In this document: piece by piece, positions 30,408 to 39,104 of the stretch
Numbering within the stretch: the first letter of the stretch is position 1
How the letters are laid out: every line of letters starts with the position of its first letter
Notes under the pieces: generated by a model
Told to the model about the DNA's origin: nothing
Databases searched by the model: none
What the model saw: the letters and a program-made list of their open reading frames with translations, nothing else
Translations under genes and position numbers: made by a program
NCBI GenBank assembly: GCA_963836755.1
Contig: CAWIKF010000001.1
Span: 103,506 to 167,505, forward strand
Length of the DNA: 64,000 nt
Origin: an uncultured Verrucomicrobiae bacterium
GTDB taxonomy: Bacteria; Verrucomicrobiota; Verrucomicrobiia; Chthoniobacterales; Chthoniobacteraceae
Reading direction: 5' to 3'

Positions 30408-31178
30408 TCACGGCAATTTCTCGAGGATCTCGCGCCCGCGCTGCTTCGTCTCCGGATCATCCTTTTCTGTATCAGGCATCGAGAGGCCCTTGGTGATGAA
30501 GTTCCTCGCTTCCGCGGTTCTGCCCATCGCGGCATAGGTGCGACCGAGCTCGATGTAGTGCATGAGTCGATTCGGATTGAGCTCGATTGCTTTCTCGAAG
30601 CACTTCTCCGCATCTTCGTATTTTGCATGTGGCAGCTTGCCGTAGAGCATCTCCACCAGAGCGCGCTTTACGGTGCTCACATTGGCGACGTTGAAATACC
30701 AGCGACCGAGGACATGCCAGCCGAAGTCGTTCGTCGGGTCGAGCGCGATCACCTTGTCGGCAGCCGCTTTGATCACGCTCGAGTTGGCAAACTGCTCCTT
30801 GTTGCTTTCAAATGGCAACAGCTTTCCGAGGCTGATGGCCAGCGCGAGGTGCGCCTCCGGGTCGTCCGGTGCTAGCGTCACCGCACGCTGCGAATACTCC
30901 ACCGCCGTCTTGCCAAGCTCCACTTTTGCTTGGCGCTTCGTCGCGTCACTCATCAGATGCCGATATTGCCGCGCGATGCGCACCAGCAGGCGCGCGTTGT
31001 CTGGGTCCAGCTTTTCTGCCGGAAGATAAAAGTTCAGCGCCGCGGCCGGCTGTAGCTTGTCGTAAAAAACGTCGCCCTTTTGAATCAATTCCGTTGCCGA
31101 AACCGCACCGTTTCCCGTGCTCGCGAGTGCCAGCGCAGCCACTGCCGAGAGAGTGTAGACGAGAAAGGCGGGGCGCAT
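30408..31178 (-). CDS. Secreted TPR-repeat protein
   Basis: 256-aa ORF with signal peptide and repeated helical TPR-like units (AxxxFxKAIELNP type). Confidence 0.65.
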   Translation of the reverse strand: MRPAFLVYTLSAVAALALASTGNGAVSATELIQKGDVFYDKLQPAAALNFYLPAEKLDPDNARLLVRIARQYRHLMSDATKRQAKVELGKTAVEYSQRAVTLAPDDPEAHLALAISLGKLLPFESNKEQFANSSVIKAAADKVIALDPTNDFGWHVLGRWYFNVANVSTVKRALVEMLYGKLPHAKYEDAEKCFEKAIELNPNRLMHYIELGRTYAAMGRTAEARNFITKGLSMPDTEKDDPETKQRGREILEKLP

Positions 31179-31267
31179 GTCTTCGTAAGTCGGGGTCGGC
31201 TCTATTGATCATTCGTCGTCGCGGACTCCACCATCGAAAGTTCATCACGCCGACAATTTTTCAATGC

Positions 31268-32560
31268 TCATTTCTTCACCGCCGCCTCCACGAACCGGCC
31301 CGCGTTTAGAAGCTCCGCTTCGCTCAGCCGCGGCCCGATCAATTGCAGGCTCGCCATGGGAAAGTGGTCATGACGCAGGGGAACCGGCACAGCCAGCGCG
31401 GGGTTGCCGGCGAAATTTGCCGGCACCGTATTTTGAAGCTGGAGCGTGATCGCTTCCATAATTCCTACTTTGAAATTGAGGGAATATACTGGCGGCGGCT
31501 TCTGCATCGTGGGCAGCGCAATGAAATCTACTTTCTTGAAAATCTCCTTCAGTGTGTGCTGCCACGCGGCTTGTCTCGCGAGAGCCTGACGGTAAGAGGT
31601 CCGGTAGGCTACCCGCCCTGCGAGGATTACCACCTTTGACCGAAGGCTCACTCCCAGCGCGTAGCGGTATTGGCTGTCGCTCAGCCAGGCTCCGGTGGCG
31701 GCAATGGCATTGCCATCTTTTTTTGCTTGCTCCCATTTGTTGGAAAAATCTTCGTCCAGCGGGATCACCTGAAAGCCCGCCTTGGCCAGCGCATGGTCCA
31801 CGGCAAGGTCGACCTTCGGGTCCGTGTTATTCAGCTTTAGGCGTCCGATCCGGATAGTCGCCGCAGAAGGTTTGGCGACTTTCGCCGCTTCATATTTGGC
31901 AGCGAAATCATTCTCCAGCAGTTCCATGCCCTGCACGGTGCGGGTGATATCTTTTGCCATCGGGCCGACGGTATCGAGGTGCTTCGGCTCGATCGGATGA
32001 ATTCCTTTGAGAGAAACCAGGCCATGCGTCGTCTTCAAACCCACCACGCCGCAGCAAGCCGACGGCACTCGGATCGAGCCAGCCGTGTCCGTTCCGAAAG
32101 CTACGTCCGCCATTCCGCTCGCCACTGCTACCGCCGAGCCGCACGATGAACCTCCGGGGATGAGCTGTCGCAAGTGGTTGAATGGATTTTTTGGCGTTCC
32201 GAAATAATCGTTGATCCCGGACGGAGAGATCGCGAACTCAGTCAGATTCGTCTTGCCTACGAACTGCACACCGCGCTGCCGCGCAATCGCCAGACACGGC
32301 GCGTCCTTTTCTGCCGGCTTATGGGATTTCGCAAAAAGCTCCGAGCCCGCCGTGGTCACCACGCCCTTCATGTCGATGTTGTCCTTTACCGCCAGCCGCA
32401 GAGCGTGGCTGCCATGCGGCGGAGGCCAGTAGGCGATGAATGCGCGATTGCCCGAAAGTCTCGAATGAAAGCGCGGCAATATTGAACAACCGCCAAATAG
32501 GACGATTGATGCCAGCCCGACCGAAAACAATCTAAAGAAAGCGGGGCGAAAATCCTTCAT
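31268..32560 (-). CDS. Amidase-signature family amidase, probable lipoprotein
   Basis: AS motif GGSSCGSAVAVASG. ATG 32560 gives a signal ending LFGGC. The track ORF extends to 32797. Confidence 0.85.
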   Translation of the reverse strand: MKDFRPAFFRLFSVGLASIVLFGGCSILPRFHSRLSGNRAFIAYWPPPHGSHALRLAVKDNIDMKGVVTTAGSELFAKSHKPAEKDAPCLAIARQRGVQFVGKTNLTEFAISPSGINDYFGTPKNPFNHLRQLIPGGSSCGSAVAVASGMADVAFGTDTAGSIRVPSACCGVVGLKTTHGLVSLKGIHPIEPKHLDTVGPMAKDITRTVQGMELLENDFAAKYEAAKVAKPSAATIRIGRLKLNNTDPKVDLAVDHALAKAGFQVIPLDEDFSNKWEQAKKDGNAIAATGAWLSDSQYRYALGVSLRSKVVILAGRVAYRTSYRQALARQAAWQHTLKEIFKKVDFIALPTMQKPPPVYSLNFKVGIMEAITLQLQNTVPANFAGNPALAVPVPLRHDHFPMASLQLIGPRLSEAELLNAGRFVEAAVKK

Positions 32561-32786
32561 GCTGTTGCGCGATGCTACGTCCCCGCCGCGACAAAGCCAA
32601 GAATTTGTCAGGTCTGCAGCCGACTCTCCCCGACCCCAAACCAAAGTGAATAAAGACGCTTCGCGCTCGGAGTAGCGGTTTGCGTCCCGGTCGGTGCGAT
32701 GATGAGACGGTGGAGATTTTGCAATTGCACGGCTTGGCGCGCGAGGGTTTTTGCGCGAGGGTGCGGCGGTGATTGCTGAAACAAAA

Positions 32787-33875
32787 ATGCCGATCAAGGC
32801 TTTGTCTTTCGAAGAAATCGAGGCGCGCTTGCTGGCGCTCGGGCAGAAGAAGTATCGCGCGAAGCAGGTGGTGCAATGGCTTTATGAGAAGCGGGTGAGG
32901 TCGTTCGCGGAGATGAGTGATCTGCCGGCGGCGTTGCGCGAGCAGCTGGCTGCGGAGTTTTCGTTCGATGAGTTGACGCCGGTGCGGAAGACGGGGTCGC
33001 GCGATACGACGCAGAAGTTTTTGTTTCAATTGGGCGACGGGAGTTTGATCGAGTCGGTGCTGATCCCGGCGTCCCCAGCGCTGTATAGTGAGACGTCGGA
33101 TCGGCGGACGATCTGTGTCTCGACGCAGGTCGGGTGCGCGTATGGGTGCAGGTTTTGCGCGAGCGGGCTGGATGGATTTTCGCGGAATTTGAGCGCGGGG
33201 GAAATTGTAGAGCAGATTTTGCGGGTGGAGGAGAGCAGCGGCGAACGGGTGGATAATGTGGTGTTCATGGGGATGGGGGAGCCGCTGGCGAATTTCGAAA
33301 ATCTGTGCCGGGCGCTGACGATCATTAATGCGCACTGGGGAATTGGGATCGGTGCCCGCCACATCACGGTCTCGACGAGTGGGCTGGCGCCGCGGATTCG
33401 CGAGCTGGCGGAGCTGCCGCTGACGGTGCGGCTGGCGATTTCGCTGCACGGGGCGACGGATGAGGTGCGGGAAAAAATCATGCCGGTGAACCGGAAGTAT
33501 CCGCTGGCGGAGCTGCTCGATGCGTGCGGTTTTTGGATGCGCAAAAAACGGAAGGGGCTGACGTTTGAATACATCCTCATCCACGAGGTGAATGACACGG
33601 CGGAGCAGGCGCACGCGCTGGCGCGGCACGCGGTGCGACTCGGCGCGAAGGTAAATTTGATCCCATACAATACGGTGGAGGGTTTGCCGTGGGAGCGCCC
33701 GCCGGTGCCGCGGCAGGAGGCGTTTTTGCGCATTTTGAGAAACGCGGATGTCGTGGCGACGATTCGCCGCGAGAAGGGTCACGATATCGACGCGGCGTGC
33801 GGGCAATTGCGACTGCGGACGGCGCGCGAGCTCGCCGGCGACAAATCTTTTGCAGAAAGCGCGAACGAGCATTAA
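32787..33875 (+). CDS. rlmN: 23S rRNA/tRNA (adenine-C2)-methyltransferase RlmN, radical SAM
   Basis: CAYGCRFCASG radical-SAM cluster motif and GMGEPLAN. Start taken at ATG 32787. Confidence 0.92.
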   Translation: MPIKALSFEEIEARLLALGQKKYRAKQVVQWLYEKRVRSFAEMSDLPAALREQLAAEFSFDELTPVRKTGSRDTTQKFLFQLGDGSLIESVLIPASPALYSETSDRRTICVSTQVGCAYGCRFCASGLDGFSRNLSAGEIVEQILRVEESSGERVDNVVFMGMGEPLANFENLCRALTIINAHWGIGIGARHITVSTSGLAPRIRELAELPLTVRLAISLHGATDEVREKIMPVNRKYPLAELLDACGFWMRKKRKGLTFEYILIHEVNDTAEQAHALARHAVRLGAKVNLIPYNTVEGLPWERPPVPRQEAFLRILRNADVVATIRREKGHDIDAACGQLRLRTARELAGDKSFAESANEH

Positions 33876-33884
33876 CTAGAAGCG

Positions 33885-34529
33885 ATGGCCGACGACGAGC
33901 CGCCAGCACGGATGTGGGATGAATACGATTGGGAGCGCTTTCTGCAGCAGCAGGATCGCAAGACGGAGCGTTACATGGAGCTGCTGGAAAAATACATCGA
34001 TGATCCGAATCGCGACCAAATCATCGCGTGCGAGATGGGCTGGCATCATCTGCTCAATGACGAGGAGATGGAGGATATCGATTCGCAATTTTCGGAGGAG
34101 ATGAAGTCGCTGGCGGCCGAGGAAGACATGGATCTCGACGCAGAAGCGGAGGCGTTCGAGGCGCATCCGCTGTATCAGGCATCATTCGCGCTGACGGTCT
34201 GGCTGGATCAATTTTTCGACGACAACGGCGATCTGCAAAATCACCCGACCGCAGTGAAGCTCGCGACGCAATGCGCGATCGCGAGCGCGAAGCTCGCGGC
34301 TGCGCTCAGCGATGACGATGTGGATGAAATCGGGATGACGATCGCGTATTTAAAACGGGCGCTGAAGGCCGTGACGAACGCGATCGACGCCGGCGCGCAA
34401 TTAAAAAAAGAAATCAATCTCAGCACCGCGCGGTGTGCGTCGCTCAACCATCGCCTGTTTCAGATTCGCGACCGAATCATCGCGCTCATGGGCGAATACC
34501 GCTGCGAATGGCGCCGGCGCCAAGGGTGA
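33885..34529 (+). CDS. Acidic hypothetical protein
   Basis: 214-aa ORF, 10 nt after rlmN. Codon usage matches its neighbours. No motif recognised. Confidence 0.5.
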   Translation: MADDEPPARMWDEYDWERFLQQQDRKTERYMELLEKYIDDPNRDQIIACEMGWHHLLNDEEMEDIDSQFSEEMKSLAAEEDMDLDAEAEAFEAHPLYQASFALTVWLDQFFDDNGDLQNHPTAVKLATQCAIASAKLAAALSDDDVDEIGMTIAYLKRALKAVTNAIDAGAQLKKEINLSTARCASLNHRLFQIRDRIIALMGEYRCEWRRRQG

Positions 34530-34569
34530 AAATTTTTCGAATGAAGTCCCTGCGGCTTCGTCAAACACC

Positions 34570-35190
34570 GTGCCGTTAGCAGCTGAACCCGTAGCCGAGC
34601 CGCTCTCCACGGCGGCCGAGGACGCCGTGCTGGTGGCCCGCTGCCAGCGTGGCGACACGCAGGCTTTTAATGAGCTGGTTACCAAGCATCGCCAAAAAGT
34701 TTACGCAATGATTTACAACATGGTTCGCAACGAGCAGGACGCGTGGGACCTCGCGCAGGATGGATTCCTGAAGGCGTGGAAATCGATCGCGCGTTTCCGC
34801 GGCCAGTCCTCTTTTTACACGTGGCTCTATCGCATCATGATGAACGTCACGATCGATTGGGTGCGCAAAAAACGCATCGAAAGCCAAGCGGAATTTGACG
34901 AGACGCTTGGGCTGCGCGGCGTCGAGGCCGGCGCGGTGACGGCGCCAAAACAGGACGCACTGCCGTTAAAAAAAATGGAGCAGGTGGAGATTCGTGCACG
35001 CATCGATGCGGCGGTGGAAAAGCTGACGCCCGAGCATCGCGCGGTGATTTTGATGCGCGAGATGGACGGCCTCGAATACCAGGAAATCGCCGACGCGATG
35101 GAATGCTCGATCGGAACGGTCATGTCGCGCTTGTTTTACGCCCGCAAGAAACTGCAGGTCCTGCTGAAAGACGTTTATGAAAACATTTGA
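34570..35190 (+). CDS. ECF-type RNA polymerase sigma factor (sigma-70 family group 4)
   Basis: Region 2 (AFNELVTKHRQKVYAMIYNMV, DLAQDGFLKAW) and region 4 HTH (EYQEIADAMECSIGTVMSRL). The track ORF starts at 34435 inside the previous gene; in-frame GTG 34570 is my preferred start. Confidence 0.85.
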   Translation: MPLAAEPVAEPLSTAAEDAVLVARCQRGDTQAFNELVTKHRQKVYAMIYNMVRNEQDAWDLAQDGFLKAWKSIARFRGQSSFYTWLYRIMMNVTIDWVRKKRIESQAEFDETLGLRGVEAGAVTAPKQDALPLKKMEQVEIRARIDAAVEKLTPEHRAVILMREMDGLEYQEIADAMECSIGTVMSRLFYARKKLQVLLKDVYENI

Positions 35191-35686
35191 GGAAAAATTC
35201 ACCGCATGGATTGACGGAACTTTGCCCGCACCGGAGCTCGCGGATTTCGAGCGCGAACTTTCCGCGAGGCCCGATGCCGAGTCCGAGCGATTCGCCGCAA
35301 AGCGGCTTGGCGGCTTGCTTCGCGAGCACATGGGAACGCCGCGGCTGAGCAACGAAGATTTTTTCAATCATCAGCTGATGCAGCGGATTGAAGCGGAGCA
35401 GCCGCGCGAGGAGCGCGCGCCGCTACGGACACTTTTCTGGACTTTGCCGCGCATGGCGTGGACCGGGGCGCTCTGCATGGTGCTCGCTGCGGCGCTTTAT
35501 CGCGTCACGGTTCCGAAGACGCAAAAGCAGGTCGCGTCGAGCCAGCAATACGTGGCCAGTATCCTCAACGCGCATGCCGACGATCCGGACGTTTCTGCCA
35601 CCGCGTATCACGACCAAGACGAAAACGTGACGGTGCTCTGGCTCGACGGATTGAACTACATTCCCGCCGACCGGAAGCTAAAGTAA
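35177..35686 (+). CDS. Putative anti-sigma factor (single-pass membrane protein)
   Basis: 169-aa ORF overlapping the sigma gene by 14 nt. N-terminal cytoplasmic helix region and one TM (MAWTGALCMVLAAALY). Confidence 0.6.
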   Translation: MKTFEEKFTAWIDGTLPAPELADFERELSARPDAESERFAAKRLGGLLREHMGTPRLSNEDFFNHQLMQRIEAEQPREERAPLRTLFWTLPRMAWTGALCMVLAAALYRVTVPKTQKQVASSQQYVASILNAHADDPDVSATAYHDQDENVTVLWLDGLNYIPADRKLK

Positions 35687-35689
35687 CCG

Positions 35690-36127
35690 ATGCGCGCGAC
35701 GATTCTTCTTTGCGCGCTCAGCGTGTTTTTGCCGCTGCAGTTTGTGCGCGCGGCAGCGCCGAGCGTCTGGAGCGGACTCGTGCTCGCGACGAACGAAGAT
35801 CATCCGAAGGAAGCTCCGCTCGAACTGCGGAAGTTTAAAACAAAGCTGGAAAATGTTTTCGGCTACAACCAGCTCGAATTGATCGGCCAGCACACGGAAT
35901 CGATGGACGATCCGCTCGAGCATTGGCTCATCCCGAGCAAGAATTTCTGCCTGCGAGTGGATGCGAAACCGCTCTCGAAAATCGGCTGGCCGCTACGGCT
36001 CCAGATTTTCGAGGACAAAAAATTGCTCGCGCATTTCGATGCGAACCTCGGCCCGCAAAGCCCGTTGTTTATCCGCGGCCCGCTTTACGCCGGCGGACAG
36101 TTGATCATCATTTTGCTGGTTAAGTGA
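35690..36127 (+). CDS. Secreted hypothetical protein
   Basis: 145-aa ORF, 4 nt after the anti-sigma gene, with a signal peptide. No motif recognised. Confidence 0.5.
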   Translation: MRATILLCALSVFLPLQFVRAAAPSVWSGLVLATNEDHPKEAPLELRKFKTKLENVFGYNQLELIGQHTESMDDPLEHWLIPSKNFCLRVDAKPLSKIGWPLRLQIFEDKKLLAHFDANLGPQSPLFIRGPLYAGGQLIIILLVK

Positions 36128-36156
36128 AAAGCAGCCGCCGCGAGCGCGGACGATTT

Positions 36157-37479
36157 TTAAATCGCGAAATCGTTATACTCCGGCTTCACCAGCTCGACGG
36201 GCGGATTCAACATTCCAGCGGCAACGGTGTGATTCGTCCCTTGCTCGATCAGGATGAATGAGCCGGTCAGCCGGTTCGCCGAGTAGCCGTCGAAAACCAG
36301 CGGCCGCGCCGCGCGCAGGCGAATTTCGCCGATGTCGTTGAGCGCCAGTTCCGCTGGTTCGGGCTCGGGTTCGAATGTGGAAATATTGATGCGGTTTTCG
36401 ATTGATTGAACAATTGCCTGCACGGTTTGCGACGTGTGCTTGAGGAAATATTTTCGCCCGCGCTGAAGCGGCCGCGGATTCATCCAGCAAATTTTTGCAT
36501 GCAGATCAGTGCTCATGCCGGGCAAATTTTCGACGCCGATGATCGTGTCGCCGCGGCTGATATCGAGATCGTGCTCGAGCGTGATCGTCACCGATTGCGG
36601 GCAAAATGCCTCGGGCAAAATTTTCTCGTGCAGCCGAATTTCCTTCACCGTGCTGCTCCAGCCGCCGGGCAGCACCATTACTTTTTGACCAACTTTTACG
36701 AGGCCGCCGGCGATTTGTCCGCTAAAGCCGCGGAAGTCGTGCAGCTTCGGATCGCGCGGATGATTCGGGCGATTGACCCATTGCACGGGCAGGCGAAACG
36801 CGGTCATGTTCCAGTCGCTCGCGATGTGGATCGTCTCGAGATGCGCGAGCAAAGCGGGGCCTTCATACCACGGCGCGGCCGAAGTTTTTTCGACTACGTT
36901 GTCGCCATTGAGTGCGCTGATCGGGATGAATTTTACATCCTTGAAAATGTTGAGCCGCGGCAAAAACGCTTCGACTTCGTCGCGAATTTTCAGAAAGCGT
37001 TCCTCGCTCCAATCGACGAGATCCATTTTGTTCACGGCGATGACGAGATGCGGAATGCCGAGCAGCGCCGCGAGGTAAGTATGCCGCCGGCTTTGCTCGA
37101 TCACGCCTTGTCGCGCGTCGATGAGCACGATGGAAAGATTGGCCGATGACGCGCCGGTGACCATGTTGCGCGTGTATTGGACGTGGCCCGGCGTGTCGGC
37201 GACGATGAACTTTCGGCGCGGCGTCGCGAAGTAGCGGTAGGCGACGTCAATGGTGATGCCTTGTTCGCGCTCGGCGCGCAATCCGTCGGTGAGATTCGCG
37301 AGATTGATCGCGCCGCCGCCGGTGATGTCCGCCGAGCGTTCCATCGCCTCGATTTGATCCTCCATCAAAGATTTCGAGTCGTAGAGCAGCCGGCCGATGA
37401 GCGTGGATTTGCCGTCGTCCACGGATCCGCAGGTGTTAAAACGAAGTATGTCGATGGGATGATGCGCCGGCGCGGTCAT
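36157..37479 (-). CDS. cysN: Sulfate adenylyltransferase subunit 1 (GTPase), no APS-kinase domain
   Basis: G1 motif CGSVDDGKST, DTPGH, NKMD. 440 aa. Confidence 0.93.
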   Translation of the reverse strand: MTAPAHHPIDILRFNTCGSVDDGKSTLIGRLLYDSKSLMEDQIEAMERSADITGGGAINLANLTDGLRAEREQGITIDVAYRYFATPRRKFIVADTPGHVQYTRNMVTGASSANLSIVLIDARQGVIEQSRRHTYLAALLGIPHLVIAVNKMDLVDWSEERFLKIRDEVEAFLPRLNIFKDVKFIPISALNGDNVVEKTSAAPWYEGPALLAHLETIHIASDWNMTAFRLPVQWVNRPNHPRDPKLHDFRGFSGQIAGGLVKVGQKVMVLPGGWSSTVKEIRLHEKILPEAFCPQSVTITLEHDLDISRGDTIIGVENLPGMSTDLHAKICWMNPRPLQRGRKYFLKHTSQTVQAIVQSIENRINISTFEPEPEPAELALNDIGEIRLRAARPLVFDGYSANRLTGSFILIEQGTNHTVAAGMLNPPVELVKPEYNDFAI

Positions 37480-37480
37480 T

Positions 37481-38383
37481 TTAAAAATAGCCCTGCTTTT
37501 TCCGATCCTCCATCGCCGCCTCGGATGTTTTATCGTCGGCGCGCGAACCGCGTTCCGTCACGCGCGCGGCAGCGATTTCCGCGATGATGTCATCGACCGA
37601 TTGCGCGGGCGATTCGACCATGCCGGTGCTGATGATGTCGCCGATGGTGCGGACGCGGACGATGAGCTCGCGCACTTCCTCGTTCGGTTTTGGCGGCAGC
37701 AAATCGTTCACGGGTAGCCACTGGCCGGCGCGTCGCACGCACTTGCGCGGATGGCTGAAATAAATCGTCGGCACTTCGAGATTTTCCTCGCGGATGTATT
37801 CCCACACGTCCATTTCCGTCCAGTTCGAGAGCGGAAAAACGCGCATGTGTTCGCCCGGATTTACGCGCGCGTTGTAAAGATTCCAGATTTCCGGCCGCTG
37901 ATTTTTCGGATCCCATTGGCCGAACGAATCGCGAAAGGAAAAAAATCTTTCCTTCGCGCGCGCCTTTTCTTCATCGCGCCGCGCGCCGCCAATCGCGCAA
38001 TCGAAACCGAACTCCTCGATCGCCGCGAGCAGCGTCGGGATTTGCAAACGATTCCGACTGATCTCGCCCGGCGCGGGCACTGCGATTCCCTGTGCAATTG
38101 CGTCGTCGACTTTGCGCACGATTAATTTCGCGCCGAGTTCGTGCGCGCGTTTGTCGCGGAAAATATTCAGCTCGGGAAAATGATGACCCGTGTCCACATT
38201 CAGCAGCGGCATCGGCAGCTCGGATGGCCGGAATGCTTTTTCCGCGAGCCGCAGCAGACAGATCGAATCCTTGCCGCCGGAAAACATCAGCGCCGGATGC
38301 TCGAATTCCGCGGCGACCTCGCGCATCACGTGAATCGCCTCCGTTTCCAAATATTGCAGATGATCTAAATGATAAGACTTCAT
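37481..38383 (-). CDS. cysD: Sulfate adenylyltransferase subunit 2
   Basis: 300-aa PAPS-reductase-fold protein (FSGGKDS PP-loop), 1 nt upstream of cysN. Confidence 0.93.
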   Translation of the reverse strand: MKSYHLDHLQYLETEAIHVMREVAAEFEHPALMFSGGKDSICLLRLAEKAFRPSELPMPLLNVDTGHHFPELNIFRDKRAHELGAKLIVRKVDDAIAQGIAVPAPGEISRNRLQIPTLLAAIEEFGFDCAIGGARRDEEKARAKERFFSFRDSFGQWDPKNQRPEIWNLYNARVNPGEHMRVFPLSNWTEMDVWEYIREENLEVPTIYFSHPRKCVRRAGQWLPVNDLLPPKPNEEVRELIVRVRTIGDIISTGMVESPAQSVDDIIAEIAAARVTERGSRADDKTSEAAMEDRKKQGYF

Positions 38384-38422
38384 GGAATGGCGCGCGCGAT
38401 GGCGCGGGATTTCCTCGCCGCG

Positions 38423-39085
38423 TCAGCTCACGGCTTCCGCGGCCTTCCCGCCCCACGCCGCGTGCAGGCCGCACTCGCGCTTTTCATCGGCCTTCGCGGG
38501 ATCGAAATAATCCCACTCATTCGGCAGGCCGTGCGCGGCGAGATACGATTCCATTTCCGCGTCGTCGAAATAAAAAAACGGGCTGACTTTCAGCGCGCCG
38601 AAATTTTTGTCCTCGGAAACAATGTCGAGCTCAGCGCGATTCGGATTTTGCACTTTGCGCAAAGCCGTCAGCCAGACGGTCGGCGCGAGTTCTTTCATGC
38701 CGCGCTGAAATGGCTCGAGCTTGAAAATGGCGCTGAATTCTTTCAGCGCCGCTTCATTTTCCGGCGTCGGAATTTCGCCGTGAATCGCGTCGCGATGCGC
38801 GGCCGTCATGCGCGGGACGAATGCCTTGATGTTTAAATTCAGCAACTTTTTCAGCTCTTCCGCGTGGCGATAAGTCGCCGGCCGGTTGTAGCCGTGATCG
38901 ACCCAAAGCACCGCAATGTCCGGCTGCGCCTGGACGCAAACGTGCAAAATCGCCGCTTCGTATGGACGAAAATTTGTCGAGACAATCGCGCGACCGGGCG
39001 CAACTGCGAGCGCCCATTCCACGATTTCGCGCGGCGATTTTTCGCGCAGTTCCGCATTTGCGCGGACGATTTGATCCGGAGACAT
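38423..39085 (-). CDS. cysH: Phosphoadenosine phosphosulfate reductase family protein
   Basis: 220 aa with C-terminal ECGLH catalytic motif. Only two Cys in total, so no CC...CxxC Fe-S ligand set. Confidence 0.88.
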   Translation of the reverse strand: MSPDQIVRANAELREKSPREIVEWALAVAPGRAIVSTNFRPYEAAILHVCVQAQPDIAVLWVDHGYNRPATYRHAEELKKLLNLNIKAFVPRMTAAHRDAIHGEIPTPENEAALKEFSAIFKLEPFQRGMKELAPTVWLTALRKVQNPNRAELDIVSEDKNFGALKVSPFFYFDDAEMESYLAAHGLPNEWDYFDPAKADEKRECGLHAAWGGKAAEAVS

Positions 39086-39104
39086 TTTGCGAGCGGCGAT
39101 CCTT

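Noticed and set aside
32532-33872. 446-aa minus-strand ORF opposite rlmN
   Set aside because: Extremely Arg/Pro/Gln-rich and antisense to a gene with a clear radical-SAM motif. The same reasoning applies to 5392..6531(+), 41106..42038(-), 43351..44166(-), 44724..45617(-), 45931..46881(+) and 52406..53125(+).
36131-36160. Bidirectional terminator between the secreted-protein gene and cysN
   Set aside because: Only a 5-bp stem with a 2-nt loop (CCGCG-AG-CGCGG) plus a short T-run. Too weak to call.
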